Source of the DNA: Escherichia phage Ecwhy_1
Direction: 5' to 3' (one strand)
Length of the DNA: 64,000 nucleotides
Sequence record: MH791411.1
Shown here: positions 8,783 through 18,113 of the stretch, piece by piece
Position numbering within the stretch: the first letter of the stretch is position 1
Layout: every line of letters begins with the position of its first letter
Notes under the pieces: model-generated
Database searches by the model: none
What the model was told of the DNA's origin: nothing
Seen by the model: the letters and a program-made list of their open reading frames with translations, nothing else
Translations under genes and position numbers: made by a program

Positions 8783-9910
8783 TTACTCTTTATTTCCATA
8801 CGCTAGGTTGCGAATGATATTGGCAGTATCTTCATCGACTGCTTTACCAGTTTGAGCTTGTAAACGACCTATAATCAATGGGATAGTGATAGTTTGAATG
8901 TCAATCATTCGGCTCATATCAATCTGATACTGCTTACTAACACCAACAATACTAGTTTCAGTCATTGCTGTTGAAATACCCATTTTCATAATACGTTCAA
9001 GCGTTAGTTCATATTCAAATGGATCTTCCAAACGACGAATTGCATATTCACACCCAATCTTACCATACTCAAGTTCATTTTTGATTTCACGAACTTCCTC
9101 ACGAATTTCAGTGAATAAAGACGTAATACCACTAAACTTGTTAGTATCGTACTTCACGGCCTCATTCAATGCTTTCATTACTTTTGGTAAATCAGATGGT
9201 TGAACTTTGATATCTGCTTTCCCAAACAACTTCTGTGCAAAGGTAGGCTTCAACGGGAATAACTTTTCCAGTGCTGTTGTAAGGTTACCCATTAATAAAC
9301 GGATATAATCACTGTGTTGTTGTAGTGCTGCGTTCAAATCCAATTGTCGCTCAGAGATCTTCTGAATCTTCATACCAACTTCTTGTGCACATACTGGGAG
9401 GTTAACATACCAATCCAGTACTTTTACCGAATCTTTTTTAATTGTATCTGGGAATTCCATCCAACGTTCAATGTCAGCAACCATATCACATTCAGGATCG
9501 ATAGGTTTCTTCTTAAGAACAATAGGAGCCGGAACTTCTGGTGAAGTAGCTACTGCTGCCATGTTTGGACGAAGTTTGCCTTCCTTCCAGTCTCGGTACT
9601 CCTTCTCTAACGGAGGAATTGGGAGATCTGGAACGATTCTCACATTTGAGAAATGAATTTTATCTTTCATCAAATCCATTACCTTCAAACGGCGATTATC
9701 AAAATAGATCTCGTCGAGTGAAAGTGAACGGGTGTCGAAATGTGGATTTCCCAATGAATCGTATGTTCTGTCCACAACAATGGTATACATATATTTTCGA
9801 TTCGATGAACGATCATACTGTTTTAACAGTGAGTTAAGAACGTAGTTGAAGTTAAATTCTTTGATTTCAACTTCTTTGCCGTTGTCAATGAAAAAATATT
9901 TTCCTTTCAT
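8783..9910 (-). CDS. hypothetical protein (375 aa)
   Basis: ORF track. Confidence 0.5.
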   Translation of the reverse strand: MKGKYFFIDNGKEVEIKEFNFNYVLNSLLKQYDRSSNRKYMYTIVVDRTYDSLGNPHFDTRSLSLDEIYFDNRRLKVMDLMKDKIHFSNVRIVPDLPIPPLEKEYRDWKEGKLRPNMAAVATSPEVPAPIVLKKKPIDPECDMVADIERWMEFPDTIKKDSVKVLDWYVNLPVCAQEVGMKIQKISERQLDLNAALQQHSDYIRLLMGNLTTALEKLFPLKPTFAQKLFGKADIKVQPSDLPKVMKALNEAVKYDTNKFSGITSLFTEIREEVREIKNELEYGKIGCEYAIRRLEDPFEYELTLERIMKMGISTAMTETSIVGVSKQYQIDMSRMIDIQTITIPLIIGRLQAQTGKAVDEDTANIIRNLAYGNKE

Positions 9911-9990
9911 TACTAACCTCTTAATTAATTAAAATTGATACGATACGTACATTCTACATACACACGATGTATTTGTCAAACCATTTTTTA

Positions 9991-10021
9991 AAGAAAAAAA
10001 GGACGCACCTTAGTGCATCCT
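9991..10021 (-). terminator. intrinsic terminator (hairpin + T7 run on minus strand)
   Basis: AGGACGCAC / GTGCATCCT stem at 10000-10021; minus-strand RNA continues UUUUUUUCUU; overlaps the stop of 10010..10828. Confidence 0.55.
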
Positions 10022-10828
10022 TTTGTTACTCTTGTCCTTGTACCACACAAATGTTTTTACTGGTGGGTACTTTTCATTCTTTGGTGGTTCCGGCATATCA
10101 TACACAGTTGCATTTCTGAATTTTAAAATGTATGAATCCATTAAACGAATTATACAATAGTTCATGCACTTTTGTGCACGTTCTTTCCAAAAATGTTTAT
10201 ATGGTTCTGGACACCCAAGATAATCCAATTTGTACATACCCATAGCAGCTTGCATAAAGCGTTGGGCAGAGAACTTACGCTTGTCTACCTTACTAGCTCG
10301 ATGCTGGTCACATGTCCAACTAGAGATACCAGGGAGATGACAGAATAAATCAAAACTCACCATACTATCAAAGTACTTGTTATGACCGTTCAACTCTCCA
10401 TAAAATACCGCTTCGGAAACAGTTTCATATAGTGAGTAATTTGTATGTATATGTTCATTGTCAAATATAGCTTTTAGATCTTTGTAAGTTTCTGGTACTG
10501 GTGGCTCTGGTAACACTTCACCGAACGTCTCTAAGCACCAAATCTTCCACAAGCCTTTCGTAAATTTTACTTCAAGTTCTTTATCGCTGTCAATATAAAA
10601 AGTTTTCTCATTGATAAAAACTTTTCGTGCCATGTATGCTTTGAATACCGCATCAGGGTCGATATCTTCACGTTTGATATCGTCCCATCCTTTACCGATT
10701 CGAGAAATTTCGAATCGTCTCATATACATTCTACATGCCAAATCTTTAGTTGTACTACGATGATACTTGTCGTCTTGGTGAAGTTTGGTAGTCTCATGGA
10801 GAGATTTAAGCATGTTTAAAATTCTCAT
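10010..10828 (-). CDS. hypothetical protein (272 aa)
   Basis: ORF track. Confidence 0.5.
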   Translation of the reverse strand: MRILNMLKSLHETTKLHQDDKYHRSTTKDLACRMYMRRFEISRIGKGWDDIKREDIDPDAVFKAYMARKVFINEKTFYIDSDKELEVKFTKGLWKIWCLETFGEVLPEPPVPETYKDLKAIFDNEHIHTNYSLYETVSEAVFYGELNGHNKYFDSMVSFDLFCHLPGISSWTCDQHRASKVDKRKFSAQRFMQAAMGMYKLDYLGCPEPYKHFWKERAQKCMNYCIIRLMDSYILKFRNATVYDMPEPPKNEKYPPVKTFVWYKDKSNKRMH

Positions 10829-11505
10829 CGTAACACCAAATACTTCCCATCTTTACCTACTACATACTGATTACCGCTACGTAGGACGCTATAACTTTCA
10901 CCTAGTACCGAACTTAAGCGAGATGTATCTACCTGCGTATCGTTCGATAGAAGCTGTTTTACGTATGCTTCTGACACAAAGCCACTACCAGTACTGTAAT
11001 GTAGTTTACCATATGCAGTGTTTAGTGCAAGCATGTGACCTTCTTTAACAACAGATACACCAGCAAAGTCTAAAAATTCACTGATGGATTTAGGAATACC
11101 CAAATCGATACGTTGTTGAATTTCATCAAAATCAACATCAATCGGATCATTCACACCATAAAGCTGAATCTTCCAGCCAGGATTTGGGCAAATGTTTTCA
11201 ATAGTTTTGATAAGACGAAGTAGGTTTTCTGGAAATTCCGCATCACGTTCCATTTCAACGAATACCTGATAACGACCATCCAGGTTAGGTGTTTCAGCAG
11301 CTTCAGTATCAACTGCATCAATTGGAGACTTCTCAATAAAAGATGACAGGTCATATGCAGCATCAAAGTTGTTTAGTACTTGAAACATAACAACGATATT
11401 ACTATCTTCAATCTTAGGAGTATATTCATCTACACTAATAATAGGATGAATCAAATCCTTTAGTACTTGTGGACGTAAACCTTGTTCATTTAGTTTCTTT
11501 TTCAT
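10825..11505 (-). CDS. hypothetical protein (226 aa)
   Basis: ORF track; 4-nt overlaps with both neighbours. Confidence 0.5.
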   Translation of the reverse strand: MKKKLNEQGLRPQVLKDLIHPIISVDEYTPKIEDSNIVVMFQVLNNFDAAYDLSSFIEKSPIDAVDTEAAETPNLDGRYQVFVEMERDAEFPENLLRLIKTIENICPNPGWKIQLYGVNDPIDVDFDEIQQRIDLGIPKSISEFLDFAGVSVVKEGHMLALNTAYGKLHYSTGSGFVSEAYVKQLLSNDTQVDTSRLSSVLGESYSVLRSGNQYVVGKDGKYLVLR

Positions 11506-12068
11506 TGCATACCACCTTGTTGTACATCATCAGATACTTCTACATCTAAATCAACATCTTCACCAGTAATTGGCTCATCTGATGGTTCTTGTGCATTCAT
11601 AGGATTACTATTGAACTCGGAAGCCATTAGTTTGTATTCGTCAAAACTTTCAGGGTTGATTAGGTTTCTAGGAATTTGTACACGAACCAATAGAACTGGA
11701 ATTCGTTCATTTTTCGGAATACGAACAGAACCAGATTGCGTTGCCACACTCTTCATATCAGCCTGACGGTTAGGTTCTTGAATAGGTGTAATTTCATAAT
11801 CTGCTTTCACATATACCTTAGTCCCGTGCTTCTCAAGAATTGAGAATGCAGTAGGATCAGGGAAATTCTCACGATAGTATTTGAATGTCACAGTACACCA
11901 GTACTTACTAACAATCGGACCTTCAACGAGTTCACCTTCGATGATACCATGATATGCGTACAAATCATTATCATCAAAATATTTTTCAACAGCCAGAAGT
12001 ATATCTAGCATACCGCTGTTATCATACAACTGCTGGACTGCATTATCTGTATAATCTAAATCATCCAT
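11502..12068 (-). CDS. hypothetical protein (188 aa), acidic C-terminus
   Basis: ORF track. Confidence 0.5.
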   Translation of the reverse strand: MDDLDYTDNAVQQLYDNSGMLDILLAVEKYFDDNDLYAYHGIIEGELVEGPIVSKYWCTVTFKYYRENFPDPTAFSILEKHGTKVYVKADYEITPIQEPNRQADMKSVATQSGSVRIPKNERIPVLLVRVQIPRNLINPESFDEYKLMASEFNSNPMNAQEPSDEPITGEDVDLDVEVSDDVQQGGMQ

Positions 12069-12120
12069 GTTTTATATTATCCTTAAAAAACTAGCACATA
12101 TAATACTATTTACTACTTTT

Positions 12121-12151
12121 AAAAAACAATAAAAGGGGATTAAATAATCCC
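12121..12151. terminator. intrinsic terminator hairpin (GGGGATTA/TAATCCCC), T-rich on both sides
   Basis: hairpin 12134-12151 flanked by A-run upstream and ATTGTTTTT downstream; after the stop of 12168..12794. Confidence 0.5.
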
Positions 12152-12167
12152 CATTGTTTTTACTATA

Positions 12168-12794
12168 TTATTGGTAATATTTCGACAGTACTGAATAGAT
12201 TTTTAAACGTAGTTCATCCCAGTTGTTAACATAGTCATACCCATAACCATTTTTATACATATGATTGTGGGACGCTCGCATCATAACTGATGGGATACCC
12301 AATTCCATTGATGTTTCAATATTATTGATATAATCATCAATCATCAGTTTTACGTCATATCGTTCTTTTAATTCTACTAGTGCTTCATGCTTAGATTCAT
12401 TCATTTCAACAATGATGATTTCATCAAAACATGTCTCACCAAATACATGCATAAGATTAGTATTGCGAAGTACCTCGCTATAACCTTTCTTACCACACTT
12501 AGTCAGTACTATGAATTTTTCCTTGTAAAAACGATCACGCAGTTCATGCATAATACTTACAGTGTTAGTTTCTACAGGTTTTAGTAATCCAAACATATAC
12601 GAACGTTGATTGAATTCAGTAATGATCTCTTGAACTTTTTCTCGTGAAACACCAAACCATTCAGATAAATCGTATGCGAGTGGGTATGGTGTTGTTGGGT
12701 TGATATCATATTGGAGTTTTGCGTATTCTCCTAATGAACCAATGTGATCTAGTAGTACTTCATCACAGTCGAATACAATACAACGGTCTTTCAT
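12168..12794 (-). CDS. HAD-superfamily phosphatase, possible 5'(3')-deoxyribonucleotidase
   Basis: motif I FDCDEVLLD (DxD) near the N-terminus and LMIDDYINN (DD) later. Confidence 0.45.
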   Translation of the reverse strand: MKDRCIVFDCDEVLLDHIGSLGEYAKLQYDINPTTPYPLAYDLSEWFGVSREKVQEIITEFNQRSYMFGLLKPVETNTVSIMHELRDRFYKEKFIVLTKCGKKGYSEVLRNTNLMHVFGETCFDEIIIVEMNESKHEALVELKERYDVKLMIDDYINNIETSMELGIPSVMMRASHNHMYKNGYGYDYVNNWDELRLKIYSVLSKYYQ

Positions 12795-13747
12795 TACATG
12801 TTCCCCGAACAGATTAGGTCAATCTCACACAGTAATGCACTGAGATTCATTTCACGGTCAGACACAGTAGCTTGTTTAACAACAGCGTCACGAATCTTAA
12901 CCTTAATTTTCATTAGAGTAATTTCATCAGTACTGAACATTTCTGCATTACGATACAGATAAGAGAAGAATGCATCCATCTCATCATCAGGAATGTTTTG
13001 CACGATCTGCTCACGCATTTGACGAATGTTACCAGCTTTTAGTGCATCAATAATGGCAGTACGATACCCAGCAGAGTTCTCAATACTGTCTTCTAGTTTT
13101 ACAAGTTTACCATCGACTACTGAACTTTGCAATACGTTTAGCGTTTTGCGGAAATCAGGATATGAAGCATTGATGTATTTTTGTACTTGTTCAATACTTT
13201 CATCAGTACTTAGATCTACTCCTTCTGCCAATAGTACGTTGTAGATGCGTGACATGAATTGTTCCATATCATGCTTCTCAATGGTGATGACCTGAACACG
13301 AGAGATAATAGGTTTCTGAATCTTATGTGGTTCATTACTGGTAAGAATGAAACGAGCATTTTCATGGTAATCTTCCATGACACGTTTCAAGCTACCCTGT
13401 GCTTTGTGGTTCATTTGTTCCATTTCTTCCAGAACAAATACACGATAACGACCAAAACATGATAGTTTTGCTGCTGCATCAATTTTGTCACGAACAGCAT
13501 CGATACCTTCATCTGACATATTCAGTGTTGTTACATCACTAGGGTCAAGGTGTCCGTTAGCTTCCAGACCATTCAGTAGTACTTTGATTGCTGAAGTTTT
13601 TCCTGTCCCTGCTGGTCCAAAAAATCCAATATGTGGGATATCACCAGTACGAATCCATTCTTCCATCTTCTGACGTAGGGCTTCGTTCTTAGATACATAA
13701 TCTTCCATAGTTTGTGGGCGGTATTTTTCAGTCCATAATGTAGTCAT
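12794..13747 (-). CDS. 44: clamp loader large subunit (RFC-like AAA+), gp44-like
   Basis: EKYRP RFC box, Walker A GPAGTGKTS, Walker B region VFVLEE, SRV/SRC-like sensor; length 317 aa similar to T4 gp44. Confidence 0.8.
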   Translation of the reverse strand: MTTLWTEKYRPQTMEDYVSKNEALRQKMEEWIRTGDIPHIGFFGPAGTGKTSAIKVLLNGLEANGHLDPSDVTTLNMSDEGIDAVRDKIDAAAKLSCFGRYRVFVLEEMEQMNHKAQGSLKRVMEDYHENARFILTSNEPHKIQKPIISRVQVITIEKHDMEQFMSRIYNVLLAEGVDLSTDESIEQVQKYINASYPDFRKTLNVLQSSVVDGKLVKLEDSIENSAGYRTAIIDALKAGNIRQMREQIVQNIPDDEMDAFFSYLYRNAEMFSTDEITLMKIKVKIRDAVVKQATVSDREMNLSALLCEIDLICSGNM

Positions 13748-13773
13748 GTTTTATTTCCTTGTATATTAGGTGT

Positions 13774-14043
13774 TTATGAAATCCAATCTGCATAATCATA
13801 CAACAATGCAGTGAATAAGTCTTCTGTCATTTCAAGTTGATTAAACAAAAAATTAAATGAGTTTGCTTTGTTCTTCACACCCATTGCTTCGGCCTGGGCT
13901 GATACGATAAGTAAGTACTTAAACATATCATGAGAAACTTCATATACGTACTTCGTGTTAGTTCTATCTTCAAACATAAATCGTCCATTTTTAGAAACTA
14001 ACGTAACGTCAGAAAAACTATATTTTCCATCATCAGTTATCAT
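13774..14043 (-). CDS. hypothetical protein (89 aa)
   Basis: ORF track. Confidence 0.4.
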   Translation of the reverse strand: MITDDGKYSFSDVTLVSKNGRFMFEDRTNTKYVYEVSHDMFKYLLIVSAQAEAMGVKNKANSFNFLFNQLEMTEDLFTALLYDYADWIS

Positions 14044-14099
14044 GTATTTTCATCCAAATAAAAAGCCCAGATAATATATCCGAGCTTTAGATTTATGTT

Positions 14100-14426
14100 T
14101 TAACGACCAAATGTTTGAGCAGAGATGCGTGGATCAGTGTCAGATACCAAACTTACTGCTGCTGGATAATCAACGAGATTCATTTTAATACCATCAATCT
14201 CAATAGTTCTCGACCAACGACCGTGGTCAATTAGAATCCATTGTCCTTCTTTGATATCGGTAATGTCTTCACCAACAGAATATACTTTAGCCCAACGACA
14301 ACGAATACCACGTATCTTACCATCATCACTTGTCAGTACAATACCACCTGCGGTTTTACGCTCACCATGTTCTAGTTCAGTTACAATAACTTTACCTTTA
14401 CAAGCTGTCATTACTTTATTGGTCAT
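14100..14426 (-). CDS. Cpn10/GroES-like co-chaperonin (gp31-like?)
   Basis: KTAGGIVL...VYSVGEDI...EGQWILID resembles the GroES SAGGIVL...VLAVG...VGDIVIF pattern. Confidence 0.4.
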   Translation of the reverse strand: MTNKVMTACKGKVIVTELEHGERKTAGGIVLTSDDGKIRGIRCRWAKVYSVGEDITDIKEGQWILIDHGRWSRTIEIDGIKMNLVDYPAAVSLVSDTDPRISAQTFGR

Positions 14427-14429
14427 GAA

Positions 14430-14774
14430 TTACTCCTGATCTTTAGTTTTTGCTCGGCGTGGAGCTTTCTTCTCTTCAGATACTTCAACTTCTGGTTCTT
14501 GTGGTTGAACTTCAAAGCTTTCATCATCCCATACTTCTTCAGTACTATATTCAGCACTGTGAAGTTGGTGTTCAGGAATGAAATCAGGAATTTGCATTTC
14601 ACGTTCTTTTTCTTGGATTAGTTCTTCACGGGTTTTAATGACCGTACCACCTGAACCAATCTTATCACCACGAGCATTTAGGTTTGCATTACCTAGTGCG
14701 ACTTTGTGCTGGTTTTGATACTTTAGCATATCCATATCAATGGTGGTTCCACGATAAGTTGTGTGTTTTGACAT
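14430..14774 (-). CDS. hypothetical protein (114 aa), acidic C-terminal region
   Basis: ORF track. Confidence 0.4.
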   Translation of the reverse strand: MSKHTTYRGTTIDMDMLKYQNQHKVALGNANLNARGDKIGSGGTVIKTREELIQEKEREMQIPDFIPEHQLHSAEYSTEEVWDDESFEVQPQEPEVEVSEEKKAPRRAKTKDQE

Positions 14775-14819
14775 ATAAAAATCCTTTTTCTATGTGAGTG
14801 ATATAACGCCTCAAACAAC

Positions 14820-14828
14820 ATTATATCA
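14820..14828 (-). promoter_or_regulatory. extended -10 element TGATATAAT (minus strand)
   Basis: rc of 14820-14828 = TGATATAAT in the 63-nt gap upstream of the ATG at 14774. Confidence 0.35.
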
Positions 14829-14837
14829 CATGTTTTT

Positions 14838-15356
14838 CTACCATTTCAAAAATTCATTTACATCTAGTTTATACTTCAAAGAATCAACCATATGCAAATC
14901 AATCAGGAACAAACAATACGAAGCCACTGAACTACCACGCCCAAGACCCCAAAAAATATTGTGCTCTTCCATATAATCAACTAACCAGATCATACATCTT
15001 AAAAGCTTAGTCATGTTGTAATGTTCAAACAAATCAATCTCATACATTACACGTTCACGGGCTTCATCCGATGTACATTTCTGTAAAAAGTACTCACGCA
15101 AGTTGATGTTATCGTACACTGGATCATAACGCCATAGTTCATGGTTTTTATCATGTTCTATTGTATAATCCAGCATACGCTGTTCTAAACCAAATTTTTT
15201 ACAATTATCGTTAAATTTCAATCGTTCCGGTTCATCAATCTCCTGTAGCTGTAAGTACTGAATATCTGCACCACAGTTGATTGCATACACGACTGCATTA
15301 AGGTTACATTTTACATCACCATTGGGACTTATAAATCTGTTTCCTTGTACTTTCAT
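14838..15356 (-). CDS. family-C DNA polymerase (Pol III alpha/DnaE-type) palm, N-terminal fragment ending before the catalytic DxD
   Basis: YEIDLFEHYNMTKLLRCMIWLVDYMEEHNIFWGLGRGSSVASYCLFLIDLHMVDSLKYKLDVNEFLKW aligns by eye to DnaE ...ELDVIIQMGFPGYFLIV...[36 protein letters not shown]. Confidence 0.55.
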   Translation of the reverse strand: MKVQGNRFISPNGDVKCNLNAVVYAINCGADIQYLQLQEIDEPERLKFNDNCKKFGLEQRMLDYTIEHDKNHELWRYDPVYDNINLREYFLQKCTSDEARERVMYEIDLFEHYNMTKLLRCMIWLVDYMEEHNIFWGLGRGSSVASYCLFLIDLHMVDSLKYKLDVNEFLKW

Positions 15357-15627
15357 TTTTCTTCTTCTGATCCTCTTCGTTATCCGTTAAGTAAGAGTTC
15401 ATGTCAAATATACATGGGTCTTGCTCATCATAGGAGGTTTTTTCTTTTTGTCCCTGACGAATCTCTAATTCAGCATAGCACTGATTCAGAACGGTTTGCA
15501 TGTTACCAACAATCATATCACTCATACCTGCTGCACGAGCAGACGTAATACGCATCGATTGTTCGTTAATTTTCAATTGTAACTCTTTCTCGGTCATGGT
15601 TGATGGATCAAAAAATGGATTGAACAT
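15316..15627 (-). CDS. hypothetical protein (103 aa)
   Basis: ORF track; overlaps the downstream gene by 41 nt, so one of the two starts may be mis-set. Confidence 0.35.
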   Translation of the reverse strand: MFNPFFDPSTMTEKELQLKINEQSMRITSARAAGMSDMIVGNMQTVLNQCYAELEIRQGQKEKTSYDEQDPCIFDMNSYLTDNEEDQKKKNESTRKQIYKSQW

Positions 15628-15628
15628 A

Positions 15629-18052
15629 TCATCCTCCTAAATTGCTGTTTTGTAATGAAATCAAAAATGTATCATGAACGTAGTTTTCGAATTCATGTGC
15701 AAAGAATCCAAATTCAACTCCTGTGATTTCAAACTCAACACCAACCATCTTACCATGTTCATTGTTCTGAAGTAAAGTGTTAAAGAATGCTTCACCCTTT
15801 CCTGGTGCACAGTATGCAACTGGAATGATTGGCATGAATTTCTTTTTAACTCCATTTTCTTCGTATGGGTGATTCATGAAACGAGGAACAGTGTCAAGCA
15901 TCTCATCAGAAATTCCAGGTATAGCATCTACATACAAACCACGGTTTTGTAAATCAGTTGGGTCTTTCACAAGGTTAGTTGTGTCTTCGCCAATTGCTGC
16001 AAAAATATTTTGACGCAAGCCAAATATTTCACCGAGTGTTCCGTTATCAATTTGCGTGTAACTTCTTGGATTCTTAGAAACCGACACCAATGAACCTGCT
16101 GGTAAAACTTCACGGTATAATATATCATACTGCAAGTTACCTTGGTTGTCAAGTGCTGACATTACTTTATAGTTGCCCATTACCATTCTAAATTTTCCAT
16201 CAGGTATAGTTGCACCAGTTTGGTTTATGATATTTTCCCTAAGTACTTTTTTAATATCACTCAACGTAGTGTAAGTATAGTTCTGACTCAAAAAGTTTTC
16301 TTTTAATAAAATACGTGGTACTTTTTGTAACCCGTATCTATCATCTGATTGACGATGGAAAGCTTGATTTGTAAATGATGGTGTACTAATACACTTAAAC
16401 CATTCACGTTCAAAATAAACAGAAGGTACAATATGTGCACTTAAGTAGTTTTGTCCAAAACCACGTACAATTTTAAGTTTAAATAACTTGGACGCAACAC
16501 CACCTTCAGTGTCATATGCTTTGATGTTGAATTCTAAATTTATATCATCATTTGCACTGAAATCTAAACTTTTTGCATATGCCGTCCCGACCAAGAACCC
16601 ATCTGCGGTGAGGTCCAAACCATATTTGCGAATATCATCAGGTCCACCATCTAATACATAAGATACCTGATTAGTACTGGTAGTTTGTATTTGTGGATAA
16701 GTACTGTGACCGAAATATTCACCCACATGAATACTACCTAAATCACTATCAGTTGTGAAGTCTATTGAGTTTTCTTCTTCTGCGTTCACTAGAACACGGA
16801 ACATCTTCTCTTCACCTATAATATTCTCACCTAAGCTTGAATCATAATATCCTAAATCAATCCAATCTGAACTTTTAAACACTGGCTTTGTTTCACCTAG
16901 ATCATATTCACCAGAGATTACATATGGATATACAACGTTATCTTTCAACTGATACAAATGATTAGGTAAAGGTTTATCACCATCAGCGTATATACCATCT
17001 ACATTGTCTGGACATACCCACATTTGATATGCTTTGAAACGTTGGTTTATAGCGAAGCGGTCAGTGTCATAACTATATGTACTCAAAATATCAACAATTT
17101 CAACTTTGAAATATGCATCACATGCATCAGAGTCATATAGGAATGTTTGCAGAAATTGTCCATTTGGGTTGAAAACCAATCCTGAATCTAGTAACTCCCC
17201 AGAGCTAGTTTGAATATTAACCTTAATTTCTTTATTAATACCAAATACAGGCCATATATTATCAATAGGACGTAGGATTGCATAATCATCAGTAATGTGG
17301 CGAGCAGGAACTTCTGCTGGGGTCATATCGAGTAGACGATACGCTGGATAAAATACTCTAGGAGATAGGTCAGTTGATGTATCAGTTCCTAAAATAAATG
17401 GACGACGGCGACCAAATCCCTGTACAAATAAAGTACTGTTGGAACCGTATTCAATATCGCCAATACAATATAATTTGTCATCATCACCGATTTCGATTCC
17501 AGGAGTAACCCACACTTCCTGACTATCATATTCAATTGTTACTTCATTTGAACCAATTTCACCACTAGGGGAAATGTTACCATAGTACATAACATTTACT
17601 GCTTGAAGATAGAAGTTAATCTGTTCAGAGTTGTTAAATGTACCATCATCTTTACAATGCAATTTAATAAAATAAACATCTTCGGTATTAGTGCTTGCCG
17701 ATAGATCAAATTGAGTTTTATCAATTTTACATTTGTGCTTACCATTAATCAACTTGTTACCAGTAATACCTGATGATATAGGTGTGAGATTAGATTCATC
17801 ATTACCAACATACACTGCGTAGTGATCTTCTGGTTGAAATACTGCATCAGAACTGTCCAAACCCTGAATAGTTAGAATCATCTCTAAGTATTCGTTTTCA
17901 TTAAGTATATAACTATCATCCGTTGTGGTTTCTTTGTTGATACTCAAACGCACAAGAATGTCTTGTCCTTCTTGTATATATCGAGCATCGGCTTTTATAT
18001 CCCATCTAGGGGTAAAAGTTGTCATTATAATTCTCCATAGCCAAGCTACCAT
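15629..18052 (-). CDS. large hypothetical protein (about 800 aa), possibly structural
   Basis: uninterrupted 807-codon ORF; likely start at the internal MTTFTPRWD; no catalytic motifs recognised. Confidence 0.5.
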   Translation of the reverse strand: MVAWLWRIIMTTFTPRWDIKADARYIQEGQDILVRLSINKETTTDDSYILNENEYLEMILTIQGLDSSDAVFQPEDHYAVYVGNDESNLTPISSGITGNKLINGKHKCKIDKTQFDLSASTNTEDVYFIKLHCKDDGTFNNSEQINFYLQAVNVMYYGNISPSGEIGSNEVTIEYDSQEVWVTPGIEIGDDDKLYCIGDIEYGSNSTLFVQGFGRRRPFILGTDTSTDLSPRVFYPAYRLLDMTPAEVPARHITDDYAILRPIDNIWPVFGINKEIKVNIQTSSGELLDSGLVFNPNGQFLQTFLYDSDACDAYFKVEIVDILSTYSYDTDRFAINQRFKAYQMWVCPDNVDGIYADGDKPLPNHLYQLKDNVVYPYVISGEYDLGETKPVFKSSDWIDLGYYDSSLGENIIGEEKMFRVLVNAEEENSIDFTTDSDLGSIHVGEYFGHSTYPQIQTTSTNQVSYVLDGGPDDIRKYGLDLTADGFLVGTAYAKSLDFSANDDINLEFNIKAYDTEGGVASKLFKLKIVRGFGQNYLSAHIVPSVYFEREWFKCISTPSFTNQAFHRQSDDRYGLQKVPRILLKENFLSQNYTYTTLSDIKKVLRENIINQTGATIPDGKFRMVMGNYKVMSALDNQGNLQYDILYREVLPAGSLVSVSKNPRSYTQIDNGTLGEIFGLRQNIFAAIGEDTTNLVKDPTDLQNRGLYVDAIPGISDEMLDTVPRFMNHPYEENGVKKKFMPIIPVAYCAPGKGEAFFNTLLQNNEHGKMVGVEFEITGVEFGFFAHEFENYVHDTFLISLQNSNLGG

Positions 18053-18081
18053 TATCTATAGATTATTTATATAAAGGACAA

Positions 18082-18104
18082 GGAAGACCCATAAAGGTCT
18101 TCCC
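18082..18104 (-). terminator. terminator-like hairpin (GGAAGACC/GGTCTTCC)
   Basis: 8-bp stem after the stop of gp52; downstream minus-strand sequence only moderately U-rich. Confidence 0.3.
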
Positions 18105-18113
18105 TGTTTATAA

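Noticed and set aside
10010-10828. Weak SAQRFMQAAMGMYKLDYLGCPEPYKHF resemblance to the DnaE fingers region, which would have implied a third polymerase fragment
   Set aside because: Similarity is short and lacks the conserved fingers motifs; not enough to call.
12168-12794. Assigning the gene after gp44 as clamp loader small subunit gp62 purely by synteny
   Set aside because: The sequence has HAD phosphatase motifs and no similarity to T4 gp62 as recalled.
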